Assembly: GCF_018260405.1 (NCBI RefSeq)
Contig: NZ_JAGLBG010000003.1
Coordinates: 13,910-77,909, forward strand
DNA from: Deinococcus sp.
Lineage (GTDB): Bacteria; Deinococcota; Deinococci; Deinococcales; Deinococcaceae
Reading direction: 5' to 3'
DNA length: 64,000 nt
Both the position numbers and the translations under genes were made by a program. The first letter of the stretch is position 1. Every line of letters starts with the position of its first letter. Of this stretch, positions 57,001 to 64,000 are shown one piece after another. The notes under the pieces are model-generated. The model searched no databases and was not told the origin of the DNA. It worked only from the letters and a program-made list of their open reading frames with translations.

Positions 57001-57455
57001 GTTGCGCCCACGGTCGGGGTGGTGGCGGGCGTAGCACTGGGGGCAGCGTCGGTGTCCAGCGGCACGAAGCCCAGGTTGCTGATAGGCTGTCCCGAATGGT
57101 TGGTGACGTGGTAGGTCACGCGCACATACCACTGCCCGTTCATGTTCAGCGTGCCCGACGATACGTAGCTGAACGCCAGCGGCGCGTCAGTCATGCGGGT
57201 GGCCTGAGCACCAAGTTGGCCCGGCGTAATGACCGACGACACCAGTTTGCCCTGACCGTCACGCTTGAACTGGAGTTCGTAGGTGCGGCCCGCCGTGAGC
57301 ACGGGTTTAGCAGGCTGGGCCGTGGTGCTGGGCGTGGTCGGCGCGTGAGCAGCCGGTGTTGGCGCGGGGGCGGCGCTGTGCTGGGCACACCCGGCCAGCA
57401 GCAGGGCAGTTAGGAGCGACCAGGTGAGCGGGGTCGTTTTCAGGCGGTTAGTCAT
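54039..57455 (-). CDS. Large multidomain lipoprotein: unnamed N-terminal domain, Ig-like, DUF3616-like, Big_2 and a beta-rich C-terminal domain
   Basis: Lipobox LAGC; VADDE.N.L.LY, EIDLEA, FWLGS.SN, NIEGLAF, FRAPL (DUF3616-like); ITP.SPTL.VG.T..F.A..VTWSSSN (Big_2); VYRVGDG..SEG.LSRS.DG. Confidence 0.8.
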   Translation of the reverse strand: MTNRLKTTPLTWSLLTALLLAGCAQHSAAPAPTPAAHAPTTPSTTAQPAKPVLTAGRTYELQFKRDGQGKLVSSVITPGQLGAQATRMTDAPLAFSYVSSGTLNMNGQWYVRVTYHVTNHSGQPISNLGFVPLDTDAAPSATPATTPTVGATYFKDLKHFDGSDASGQAASLVAIQARDASGAVDSAATPYVPINTSGLGVNLPTGLVLGTGGLSGSGWQTGSTLAPGASSDVTFATQMPAVSGTTDPFFYTVVFTAVSNIDVPVAIAPQAGANPNVKLPASGPAYVTGTIGDPTDPASVQGLNFTVAASDTDAAGLNVTATSSDSSVATVSLSGSGANRTLKIAPQKAGYADITVTVADGTRASASYTVKYAASQAAGATASTRFFSNESNASSAQDLGGYMLVADDEFNTLNLYPTTTSSAPLAKFDFTSSLNLTDTANPEIDLEASARLGNRIFWLGSESNSKKGAVRTNRNRVFATDVSGSGAATTLSYVGRYDRLREDLLAWDHANGAALGLNTSAAPGVIPELDGVGYNIEGLAFKPGTTTAYISFRAPLETTSSRNLALIVPVTNFVDLVTGAASSATFDPPIQLDLGGRAIRELKCNGQGCLILAGPATSGSNFALYSWSGKAGDAPHLRNDLQSLATSMDGSLESIVNMPAVNPDSEALTGQTLQLLTDNGDSVFYGDGIVAKDLVGPAQDWQKFRAETVTVGALPAQSCTVSNLTITPASPTLTVGSTQTFTASYTTTPSNCTVSVTWSSSNSSVLSLTSAGQATAVAAGSATITAGVTPGSGAPVSATTTATVNAPTSPVTSLPNVSVYRVGDGGAALANTGNAVFVETYNGNDGSLVSSVALPTAASGSNKPLIASGTATSEGLLSRSADGHFLVLTGYGTTAPYSASLSGTKSSAVPRTIGRIDAQGNVDTTTSLTDAVSGNNPRSVASANGSSFYIAGGAGGVNYAPLGATTSTNILATPANLRQLNIYGGQLYASSSVTGTKGVLSIGSGLPSTPGQTAARLPGLSDTLSADSYSYYLADLDGTPGLDTLYVADGTAANGLEKFSLQSGSWVTSGAASGKYVGLTGAQQGNSVTLFATNAAGTQLVKLTDASGYLGSLSGAPTVLTTAKTNTALRGVALAPTP

Positions 57456-57469
57456 TTTCGGCCTTCCTT

Positions 57470-57511
57470 GGTCAAGTGGCTGAGTTCAAGCAGTTGAGGT
57501 CAAGTGGCTGG
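57470..57511. repeat. Three 14-bp tandem units in the lipoprotein 5' leader
   Basis: GGTCAAGTGGCTGA GTTCAAGCAGTTGA GGTCAAGTGGCTGG. Confidence 0.7.
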
Positions 57512-57554
57512 CGTTAGGCCAGCCGGAGTCTGACTTTCCTCTTACTAGGGGTTG

Positions 57555-57576
57555 AAAGTAGGCTACGGGTGTCAGG
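57555..57576 (-). promoter_or_regulatory. CCTGACA-N9-TACTTT promoter of the DUF3616-like lipoprotein
   Basis: Plus strand reads AAAGTA(57555)-N9-TGTCAGG(57570); same geometry as 4706-4727. Confidence 0.6.
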
Positions 57577-57652
57577 GCAAGGTCTGGTCTCACCAGACAT
57601 CGGCACCTGTGCGCTGGCTTGTGGTCCTCAGCCCCTTCCGGGGGACTGTGCG

Positions 57653-57674
57653 CCTGACAGAACTTCAATAGATT
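57653..57674 (+). promoter_or_regulatory. CCTGACA-N9-TAGATT leaderless promoter of the NTase-B2 gene
   Basis: CCTGACA 57653-57659, TAGATT 57669-57674, ATG 6 nt later. Confidence 0.62.
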
Positions 57675-57680
57675 GGTGGG

Positions 57681-59015
57681 ATGCCTACTCAGGACCGCAG
57701 TCAAACCCTCGTGCGTGTATTGACCTCACCCGGCACCCTTCAGCCCACCGACCTGAGCGCTGTCCTGGGCGCCGGACTGGGTGGAGCTGTCCGTGCCCAG
57801 TTGCCTGAAGACCACCTGCTGCGGGGGCCACTGCGCCAGCAGGCGCTGGATCTGTCGCTGCGCCACGCGCATATTCGCGCCGAACTGCGCCCGTTGCTGG
57901 CCGCGTGGGCCGCTGAGGGCATAGAAGCGCTGCTGTTCAAGGGCTTTGCCCTCGCCGAATTTGAGTACGCCACGCCGGGAGAACGTTTTTATGGTGACGT
58001 GGACCTCCTTTTGCCTGAAGACTTGGCCACTGTCATGCGGGCCGCGCACATCGCCCTGGCGCACGGCTGGCGCAGCGACGGCCAGCACGCCGACCCGGAG
58101 CTGTGGACCCACGAAACCATGCACCTGTACAGCCCAGACAGGAATGTGCGCCTCGACGTTCACCGCTGGGTCATCGCGGAAAATACCGGCGCGGGAGCCG
58201 CACGCCTGCGGGCGCTCACGCACGGCTTCCGCGCCAGGGCGCGGCGCTGTGACTGGCAGGGACTGCCCGTGTGGCTTCCCGATCCCCGCGACGCTGCCGT
58301 GCTGAATATCGCCCTGGCCCGCAGCTGGGGCGGCGACACGGGCGGCGTGAAACCCGCCGATTACCTCGATCTGCACCTGCTGGCGTGTAACCATGCCCTA
58401 AGTGCCGACACCCTGCGCCAGCACGCTGAGCAGCTGGGCGGCGCGGCCACCTGGGCAGCTTTTACGCAAATCTGCGACCCGGCCCGGCAGCGGCTGGTGC
58501 TGGATATCCAGCAGACCCGGCCCATCATTCACGCGGCCCTGGCGGCAGACGGCCTGAACGCGCGGCGGGGACTCTGGCAAAGCCGCGCCCTGGTGCTGAG
58601 GCGGGTTATTCATCATCTGCCGGGGGCGCTGCTGGACGTTGCAGCGGCCTGGTGGGCGCTTCGCCGCAGCGGCGATCCGCGCAGGCCGCTGGCCCGCTGG
58701 ACCCCACTGGCCCCGCCGCACCGCCTCGACGCCCGGTCGGTCGATGACCGCGTCGTGGCGGTGTCATGGTGGACCCGGCTCTTTTATCCCAGGCAGCGCC
58801 GCCTGGGCGTCTGTGTGCCGCGTGCCTACGCCACGTACCGTTCGCTGCGCCGCGCCGGACATCCCGCTGTTTTTGTCAGTGGGGTGACGCGGGCAGGCGG
58901 CGGTATCACCGGGCACGCCTGGGTCGAGGATGACCAGGGCAATCTGGAAAAGTACAACGAACCTGAAAACCGTCAGCGCTTCAAGGCGGTCTTCACCTTT
59001 CCCCCAAGCGCCTGA
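57681..59015 (+). CDS. Nucleotidyltransferase (NTP_transf_5-like) fused to a lasso-peptide B2 (transglutaminase-like) leader peptidase
   Basis: FKGFAL...Y...GER..GDVDLL and LDVH (NTase); C-terminal CVPRA..Y..LRR.G....VSGV..GHAWVE (B2 Cys-His). Confidence 0.85.
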   Translation: MPTQDRSQTLVRVLTSPGTLQPTDLSAVLGAGLGGAVRAQLPEDHLLRGPLRQQALDLSLRHAHIRAELRPLLAAWAAEGIEALLFKGFALAEFEYATPGERFYGDVDLLLPEDLATVMRAAHIALAHGWRSDGQHADPELWTHETMHLYSPDRNVRLDVHRWVIAENTGAGAARLRALTHGFRARARRCDWQGLPVWLPDPRDAAVLNIALARSWGGDTGGVKPADYLDLHLLACNHALSADTLRQHAEQLGGAATWAAFTQICDPARQRLVLDIQQTRPIIHAALAADGLNARRGLWQSRALVLRRVIHHLPGALLDVAAAWWALRRSGDPRRPLARWTPLAPPHRLDARSVDDRVVAVSWWTRLFYPRQRRLGVCVPRAYATYRSLRRAGHPAVFVSGVTRAGGGITGHAWVEDDQGNLEKYNEPENRQRFKAVFTFPPSA

Positions 59016-59202
59016 TACAGCCTTGAACTAAGGTAACTACTCAGCACGATGAACACGGCGAAAAACTGCCTCCAGTTAAATTTTTACCGAAATCCAGGCT
59101 AAGAATATGTCGGGAACATCGCCCTCCCAGGACACCGCCTATAAACTTACTGCGATTTACTATCTAATTCCCCCAATTTACGCGCTGAGCAGTTACGAAC
59201 TA

Positions 59203-59255
59203 AGAGCATTTTCAAAAAGATGCTGCTCTTTTGACCATCTTTTTGCCGAGTGGAA
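59203..59255. repeat. Truncated copy of the 32497 small repeat
   Basis: AGAGCATTTTCAAAAAGATGCTGCTCTTTTGACCATCTTTTTGCCGAGTGGAA vs AGAGCATTTTGCAAAAAGATGGTGCTCTTTTGACCCTCTTTTTGCCGAGTGGAA. Confidence 0.8.
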
Positions 59256-59304
59256 GACGCCGTTTCTTTCCTGCTCGCTCTGGGGCGCAACCCAGCCGCT
59301 CCGA

Positions 59305-60213
59305 TCAGCTCTCTAGCAGCTCCTGAACGGCGCCAAGTACAGTCTGGCGGGTAACAGTCTGCGCCCGCAGCAGCGGCAACAAACGGCCCACACCGTGTTG
59401 CGCCGCGTCGCGGGCTGGGCGGGTCAGGGGATAGCCCGTGGTTTCCCACAGCAGTTTGACCCGCCCGGCGTTGTTCATCACGTTGCCGTCACCTAGGGCC
59501 AGAATCTCTATCAGTTGGGCGGCCCCGGCGTCCGGCGTCAAGGGCACAAGCAGTTTCCCCTTGATATCGCGCTGCGCCAGTGCCTGAGCGCGCAGCTGTG
59601 GCGCGAAGGTGTCCACGCTGTCATCGAAGGCACGCAGCCAGCGGTCCAGACCCCGCACCTCGCCACTGGCGGCGTGCCAGAAAGCCCGGTCCTCGCAGAT
59701 GACCCGCAAGCCCAGCCCGAGCAGACGCAGGGTCGCTGTACTCTTGCCTGCGCCGCTGACCCCGGTAATAGCCACGGCCTTTTCCCCACGAGCGACCACG
59801 GCGGCGTGCAGGGGCAGCCAGCCCCCAGCCCGCTGAACCTCGGTCAGCGCGAGCGCCCACGCCGCCGCTGAGGCCCCGCCTTTGCCCACAAGCAGCCGCG
59901 AACTGTGCTGGCCCACCTCGGTATAAAGGTCATCAAGCCATAGCCGCGACTCGTTCCAGGCCGCCTCTACACGAGAGTCCATCAGGGTCAGCGAAGCGCA
60001 AGAGGCTCCGGCAGGCAGCGGCGGGACGCCTCCGCGCAACTCGATAGAGCGTCTGCCTGAGTGGAGGCCAACTGCCGCCTGTGCTGAAGGCGCTAGCGAC
60101 TCTGAACCTTGCGAGTGCAACACCGGATTTTCCCACAGCGCACGCAGCTCACTGTCTTGCGCTGGCGTCAATTCGCTCTGAACCTGCGCGTCGAGGCTAT
60201 TCCAGCTGTTCAA
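59305..60213 (-). CDS. HPr-kinase-like P-loop kinase (lasso/RiPP precursor kinase type)
   Basis: LPLHAAVV..AITGVSGAGKST..VICED; TTG start overlaps the PqqD stop (TTGA). Confidence 0.8.
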   Translation of the reverse strand: MNSWNSLDAQVQSELTPAQDSELRALWENPVLHSQGSESLAPSAQAAVGLHSGRRSIELRGGVPPLPAGASCASLTLMDSRVEAAWNESRLWLDDLYTEVGQHSSRLLVGKGGASAAAWALALTEVQRAGGWLPLHAAVVARGEKAVAITGVSGAGKSTATLRLLGLGLRVICEDRAFWHAASGEVRGLDRWLRAFDDSVDTFAPQLRAQALAQRDIKGKLLVPLTPDAGAAQLIEILALGDGNVMNNAGRVKLLWETTGYPLTRPARDAAQHGVGRLLPLLRAQTVTRQTVLGAVQELLES

Positions 60214-60461
60214 ACGCAGTTCACCAGATCGCGGGTTCTGAGCTGCTCTAGCACGACTTCGGCGTCACTCCGGGCCTGGGAAGGCGTCAGGCCATAAGTG
60301 TGCTCCAGGCTGTGGCTCAGGCTGTCCAGCGTGGCAGGCAGCTGCTGCCAGATGAGTTTACCGGCGGCGTTGAGGCTGAACATTTCACTGCGTTCGGGAT
60401 GCATCAGCACTAGTTCGTCGCCCAGGTCGGTGATGAGAACGGCGGAGTTGGCTTGCCACAT
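60210..60461 (-). CDS. PqqD-family RiPP recognition element (lasso B1-like)
   Basis: DELVLM....EMFSLNAAGKLIWQQL..L...YG....A..D...L.QL...LV; leaderless TAGCCT-N7-ATG. Confidence 0.88.
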   Translation of the reverse strand: MWQANSAVLITDLGDELVLMHPERSEMFSLNAAGKLIWQQLPATLDSLSHSLEHTYGLTPSQARSDAEVVLEQLRTRDLVNCV

Positions 60462-61008
60462 ACCCTTAAGGCTATCAGGCACAGGGAGGCGGGGACGGGG
60501 CAAACTTCATGAGCTTTTAAGCCATGCACGTCTGTAATGAGCGGGGGAAGCTAAACAAGTTCCCAGAACTGCTATTTGACGTTCTGGCGACAAGATAGCT
60601 GGGGCGAGTCGAAGACAGTAGTTCGGAACCTTTTCACCGCTACAAAACTGTGAAGCTAAATTAACTCGTCTGGGACGCCATTCGCGTTATCCCCCCCCGC
60701 TCCGCGCCTTGCGAGTCCTAACCTCTCGCGGTGCGAGCTGTACCAGTCCCCTGCAAGGGTAGACGGGCTGAAACCTCGTGTGTATAGGCACTGTCTTGGT
60801 TTATGGGCACTGTCTTGGCAGAAACACAGAAGGTTCCGGACTACTGCTGCAAAAGGCGTGTCTAAAGGTGGTGGCTTCAAGCCTGCGTTCAGAGGGTGAA
60901 GGGAAGACCCTGTGCCAAGTAGTTGCAAGACGCACTGCCTTTGTGCTTAAAATCGGACATCGAAAATCTTAACAGGAGAAAGATGCATCTGGCATTCCTC
61001 ATTAGCCT

Positions 61009-61779
61009 ATGACCATAGCGACCACCCGAACAACGGCGCTCCAGACGGTCAAGCTCGTCAAGGAGTTTCACGGCTTTCGCGCCACCAACGATGTCACGCT
61101 CGACATCATGGAGGGCGAGATTCACGCCATCATCGGCCCCAACGGAGCGGGCAAGACTACCCTCTTCAACTTGCTCTCGGGCTTTCTCAAACCCACCAGC
61201 GGCGAGGTGCGCCTCTTCGGAGAGCGCATCGAGACACTGCAACCCTTTCAGATTGTGCGGCGCGGGCTGTCGCGCTCCTTCCAGATCAGCAGCGTCTTTC
61301 CAACCATGACCGTCCGCGAGAACGTGTTGGTGGCGCTGCAAAGTCCCTCCGGGCTGCCCTTTCAGTTCTGGACGCCGCTGCACAAACTCGAAGCCCTCGG
61401 GCCGCAGGCCGACGCGATTCTGGCCGATGTGGGGCTGGCCGACTCGTACTCGCGCCTGGCCGCCGACCTTTCGCACGGCGAAAAGCGCCAGCTAGAAATC
61501 GGCATTTCGCTGACCCAGAACCCCAAGGTGCTGCTGCTCGATGAACCGACTTCCGGCATGGGTTCCGAAGGGATCGCCCGCGTGATTGAACTGGTGCGGC
61601 AGGTCGCCCGGGGACGCACGGTCGTCCTGGTCGAACATAATATGAGCGTGGTGTCGGAACTGACCGACCGGATCACGGTCTTGCAGTACGGCGCCGTGAT
61701 CGCCAGCGGCAAGTACGACGACGTGCGGCGCGACCCACAGGTCATCGAAGCCTACCTGGGCGACGAGGCCCACGCATGA
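61009..61779 (+). CDS. livG: Branched-chain ABC ATP-binding protein
   Basis: GPNGAGKTT, RSFQIS, LSHGE, LDEPTSG, EHNM, AYLG. Confidence 0.9.
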   Translation: MTIATTRTTALQTVKLVKEFHGFRATNDVTLDIMEGEIHAIIGPNGAGKTTLFNLLSGFLKPTSGEVRLFGERIETLQPFQIVRRGLSRSFQISSVFPTMTVRENVLVALQSPSGLPFQFWTPLHKLEALGPQADAILADVGLADSYSRLAADLSHGEKRQLEIGISLTQNPKVLLLDEPTSGMGSEGIARVIELVRQVARGRTVVLVEHNMSVVSELTDRITVLQYGAVIASGKYDDVRRDPQVIEAYLGDEAHA

Positions 61780-62495
61780 CCGCCGTGTCTCCCCCTGTCC
61801 AGCCGCTGCTTGAAGTGCGCGATCTCAATGCCTTTTATGGGCAGAGTCATGTGCTGCACGGCATCAACCTGCACGTCAACCCCGGCGAAATCGTTAGCCT
61901 GATCGGGCGCAACGGCGCAGGCAAGTCGACCACCCTCAAGAGCATCATGGGCGTGCTGCGCAGCCGCACCGGAAGCCTCAAATTTAACGGCCAGGACATC
62001 CTGAAGATGCCTAGCAACCGCATCGCGGCGCGGGGCCTGGCCTGGGTGCCTGAGGAACGTGCCATCATGAGTACCCTCAGCGTCAAGGAAAATCTGGAAT
62101 TGCCCCCGGCCCGGCCCGGCGGCTGGACCATGGAGCGCGTCTACGAGGCGTTCCCCATTTTAAAGGCGCGGGGGCACCACCCCGGCAGCAAGCTCTCGGG
62201 CGGCGAGCAGCAGATGCTGGCGATGGTCCGGGTACTGCGCAGCGGTCCCAAACTGCTGCTGCTCGACGAACCCAGCGAGGGCCTCGCGCCGGTCATCGTG
62301 CAGCATATCGGTCAGATTATCGCCGAGCTGCAAAAGGAAGGTCTGGCCGTGCTGCTCGTCGAACAGAACCTCAAATTTGCCACCCGCCTCGCCGACCGGC
62401 ATTACGTCTATGTCGACGGCCAGATCGTCGAAGAAGTCCAGCGCCATGAGGTCGAGGCCCGGCGTGAAGACCTCCTGAAGTATCTCAGCGTGTGA
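61776..62495 (+). CDS. livF: Branched-chain ABC ATP-binding protein
   Basis: GRNGAGKST, VPEER, LSGGEQQM, LDEPSEGLAP, VEQN. Confidence 0.9.
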   Translation: MTAVSPPVQPLLEVRDLNAFYGQSHVLHGINLHVNPGEIVSLIGRNGAGKSTTLKSIMGVLRSRTGSLKFNGQDILKMPSNRIAARGLAWVPEERAIMSTLSVKENLELPPARPGGWTMERVYEAFPILKARGHHPGSKLSGGEQQMLAMVRVLRSGPKLLLLDEPSEGLAPVIVQHIGQIIAELQKEGLAVLLVEQNLKFATRLADRHYVYVDGQIVEEVQRHEVEARREDLLKYLSV

Positions 62496-62544
62496 GGCGC
62501 CGCTCCGCACTCCCAATTTCACTGCCATTCCACTGCTGTTTCCT

Positions 62545-63774
62545 ATGGAGGAACTGAACATGAAAAAAGTCAACCTGCTGCTCGCTACCCTTTCGCTTTG
62601 TGGCGCTACCCTCGCCGGAGCACAGTCCCTGAGCCTCGCCGACGACGGCGTCAAGCTCGGTGTGCTGACCGACATGTCGGGCGTGTACTCGGAAATGACC
62701 GGCCCCGGCAGCGTCAAGGCCGCCCAGATGGCCGCCGACGACTTCATGAAGTCCCACAAGGAATTTACAGGCAAGGTCAGCGTGGTCGGTGTGGACCACA
62801 ACAACAAGGCCGACGTGGCCTCTAACAAGGCCGCCGAGATGATCGACCGCCAGCACGTTGATGTGCTGCTTGACATTCCGACCAGCAGCGCGGCGCTGGC
62901 GGCCTCTGAGGTCGGCAAGAATAAAAAGATTCCGGTCATCATCGTCAGTGGGGGCACCACCGCTCTGACCAACGAGAAGTGCAACAAATACACCTTTCAC
63001 TACGCCTACGACAACTACATGCTTGCCAACGGCACCGGCACCACCGTGACCAAAAAGGGCGGCAACAGCTGGTATATCATCTATCCCAACTACGCCTTCG
63101 GTCAGGATCTTAACCGGCAGATGACGGCGGCCATCACCGAGAACGGCGGCAAGATCGTGGGCAGTGACGCCACTCCCTTTCCCAACACGGACTTTTCCTC
63201 TTACCTGCTGAAGGTGCAGGCAGCCAAGCCCAAAATCTTCGGAACTATGCAGGCCGGAAACGACCTCGTGAACGTGGTCAAGCAGTACAACGAATTTGGT
63301 CTGAAAAAGCAGGGCATCGGCCTGAGCACCGGTCTGCTGGGTGAGCAAGAAATCTCCTCGCTAGGTCAGGACGCCTTTGCCGGAGCCATCGCTACGGTGC
63401 CGTGGTTCTGGAACCTGGATGCCCGCAGCCGCGTCTGGGCGCTGCAGTACAAGAAGCTGTACGGCAAGCTCCCCACCTACATGCAGGCCGGGGTCTACAG
63501 CGCTTCCATGACCTACCTGAACGCCGTATCACGCGCCAGGAGCGACAGCGGCGAAGCGGTGGTCAAGGCGCTTGAAGGCTACAAGTTTAGCGACTTCTTT
63601 GCCCGCAACGCCATGGTCCGCCCACAGGACCACCGCGTGATCCTCGACGTGTACACCGTGCAGGTCAAGCCCAAGTCGGCGGCCAAAGAAGAGCAGGACT
63701 ACTTCCAGCGCCTCCAGACTATCCCAGCCGCCAAGGCTTTCACGCCTCTGACCGAGAGCAAGTGCAAGATGTAA
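62545..63774 (+). CDS. ABC transporter substrate-binding protein (LivK-like)
   Basis: Signal peptide; VKLGVLTDMSGVY..GPGSV.AA.MA..DH.NKAD; DFSSYLL; start may be 62560. Confidence 0.9.
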   Translation: MEELNMKKVNLLLATLSLCGATLAGAQSLSLADDGVKLGVLTDMSGVYSEMTGPGSVKAAQMAADDFMKSHKEFTGKVSVVGVDHNNKADVASNKAAEMIDRQHVDVLLDIPTSSAALAASEVGKNKKIPVIIVSGGTTALTNEKCNKYTFHYAYDNYMLANGTGTTVTKKGGNSWYIIYPNYAFGQDLNRQMTAAITENGGKIVGSDATPFPNTDFSSYLLKVQAAKPKIFGTMQAGNDLVNVVKQYNEFGLKKQGIGLSTGLLGEQEISSLGQDAFAGAIATVPWFWNLDARSRVWALQYKKLYGKLPTYMQAGVYSASMTYLNAVSRARSDSGEAVVKALEGYKFSDFFARNAMVRPQDHRVILDVYTVQVKPKSAAKEEQDYFQRLQTIPAAKAFTPLTESKCKM

Positions 63775-63832
63775 AAAGGGCCTTGGTGGCCTGGCCTCGC
63801 CGTATAGACCGGGCAGCTCCTTTTAAACTGAT

Positions 63833-64000
63833 ATGACGATCCAATTCCTGCTTATTCAAGTCTTCAACGGACTGGTAAACGGCGCGTTCTATGCGCTGCT
63901 CAGCCTGGGACTCGCCGTGATCTTTGGGATGCTAAGGATCGTCAATTTCGCGCACGGGGCGCTGTACATGCTGGGAGCCTTCACGGCCTTCGCGCTGGGG
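63833..64000 (+). CDS. livH: Branched-chain ABC permease, 5' part (runs off the window)
   Basis: MTIQFLLIQVFNGLVNGAFYALLSLGLAVIFGMLRIVNFAHGALYMLGA. Confidence 0.85.
   Translation, partial: MTIQFLLIQVFNGLVNGAFYALLSLGLAVIFGMLRIVNFAHGALYMLGAFTAFALG

Noticed and set aside
55434-57413. 659-aa plus-strand ORF and other long antisense ORFs (e.g. 28800-30392, 32460-33905, 6441-7580)
   Set aside because: Shadow frames of well-supported genes in high-GC DNA with no recognisable motifs
57486-57704. Small ORFs in the gap before the NTase-B2 gene as possible RiPP precursors
   Set aside because: No YxxP..G..T leader or convincing RBS in the frames I translated; the region is explained by two divergent promoters
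59107-59316. 69-aa ORF between NTase-B2 and kinase as a precursor
   Set aside because: No leader motif, and its second half is translated repeat DNA
60510-61000. Intergenic ORFs and the 13-bp direct repeat GGCACTGTCTTGG (60787, 60806)
   Set aside because: The ORFs have no motif; a two-copy repeat with 19-bp spacing has no support elsewhere in the window

Overview
GC-rich bacterial DNA, very probably Deinococcus. This rests on a CrtO close to the D. radiodurans protein as I recall it, CruC/CruD/CruF/CYP287-type carotenoid genes, many leaderless TAnnnT-N5-7-ATG starts and Deinococcus-style small intergenic repeats. In order, the window holds: acetoacetate-CoA ligase; a tyrosine-recombinase homologue lacking its catalytic residues; an IS5-family element broken by an 11-bp duplication; an unannotated 57-aa peptide gene coupled to two secreted lipoproteins (a lamin-tail protein and an ExeM/NucH nuclease); an 18-kb tryptophan/anthranilate-CoA (kyn + abm) catabolic cluster; phosphoketolase and oxidoreductases; an intact tyrosine recombinase; thiolase, 3-hydroxybutyrate dehydrogenase and Ohr; a carotenoid cluster; a third related lipoprotein; three RiPP maturation genes; and a branched-chain ABC operon running off the end. 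The best candidate for a new system is a split lasso-like RiPP with no cyclase in the window. The peptide at 4760-4933 has a textbook YxxPxVxxxGxxxxxT leader but no Asp/Glu in its predicted core. About 53 kb away lie a PqqD/RRE protein, an HPr-kinase-like kinase and a nucleotidyltransferase fused to a lasso B2 protease. The two loci are linked by the same promoter architecture (CCTGACA-N9-TAnnnT, three copies) and by neighbouring lipoproteins that share an unnamed N-terminal domain. All family calls come from reading motifs by eye; no database search was run.
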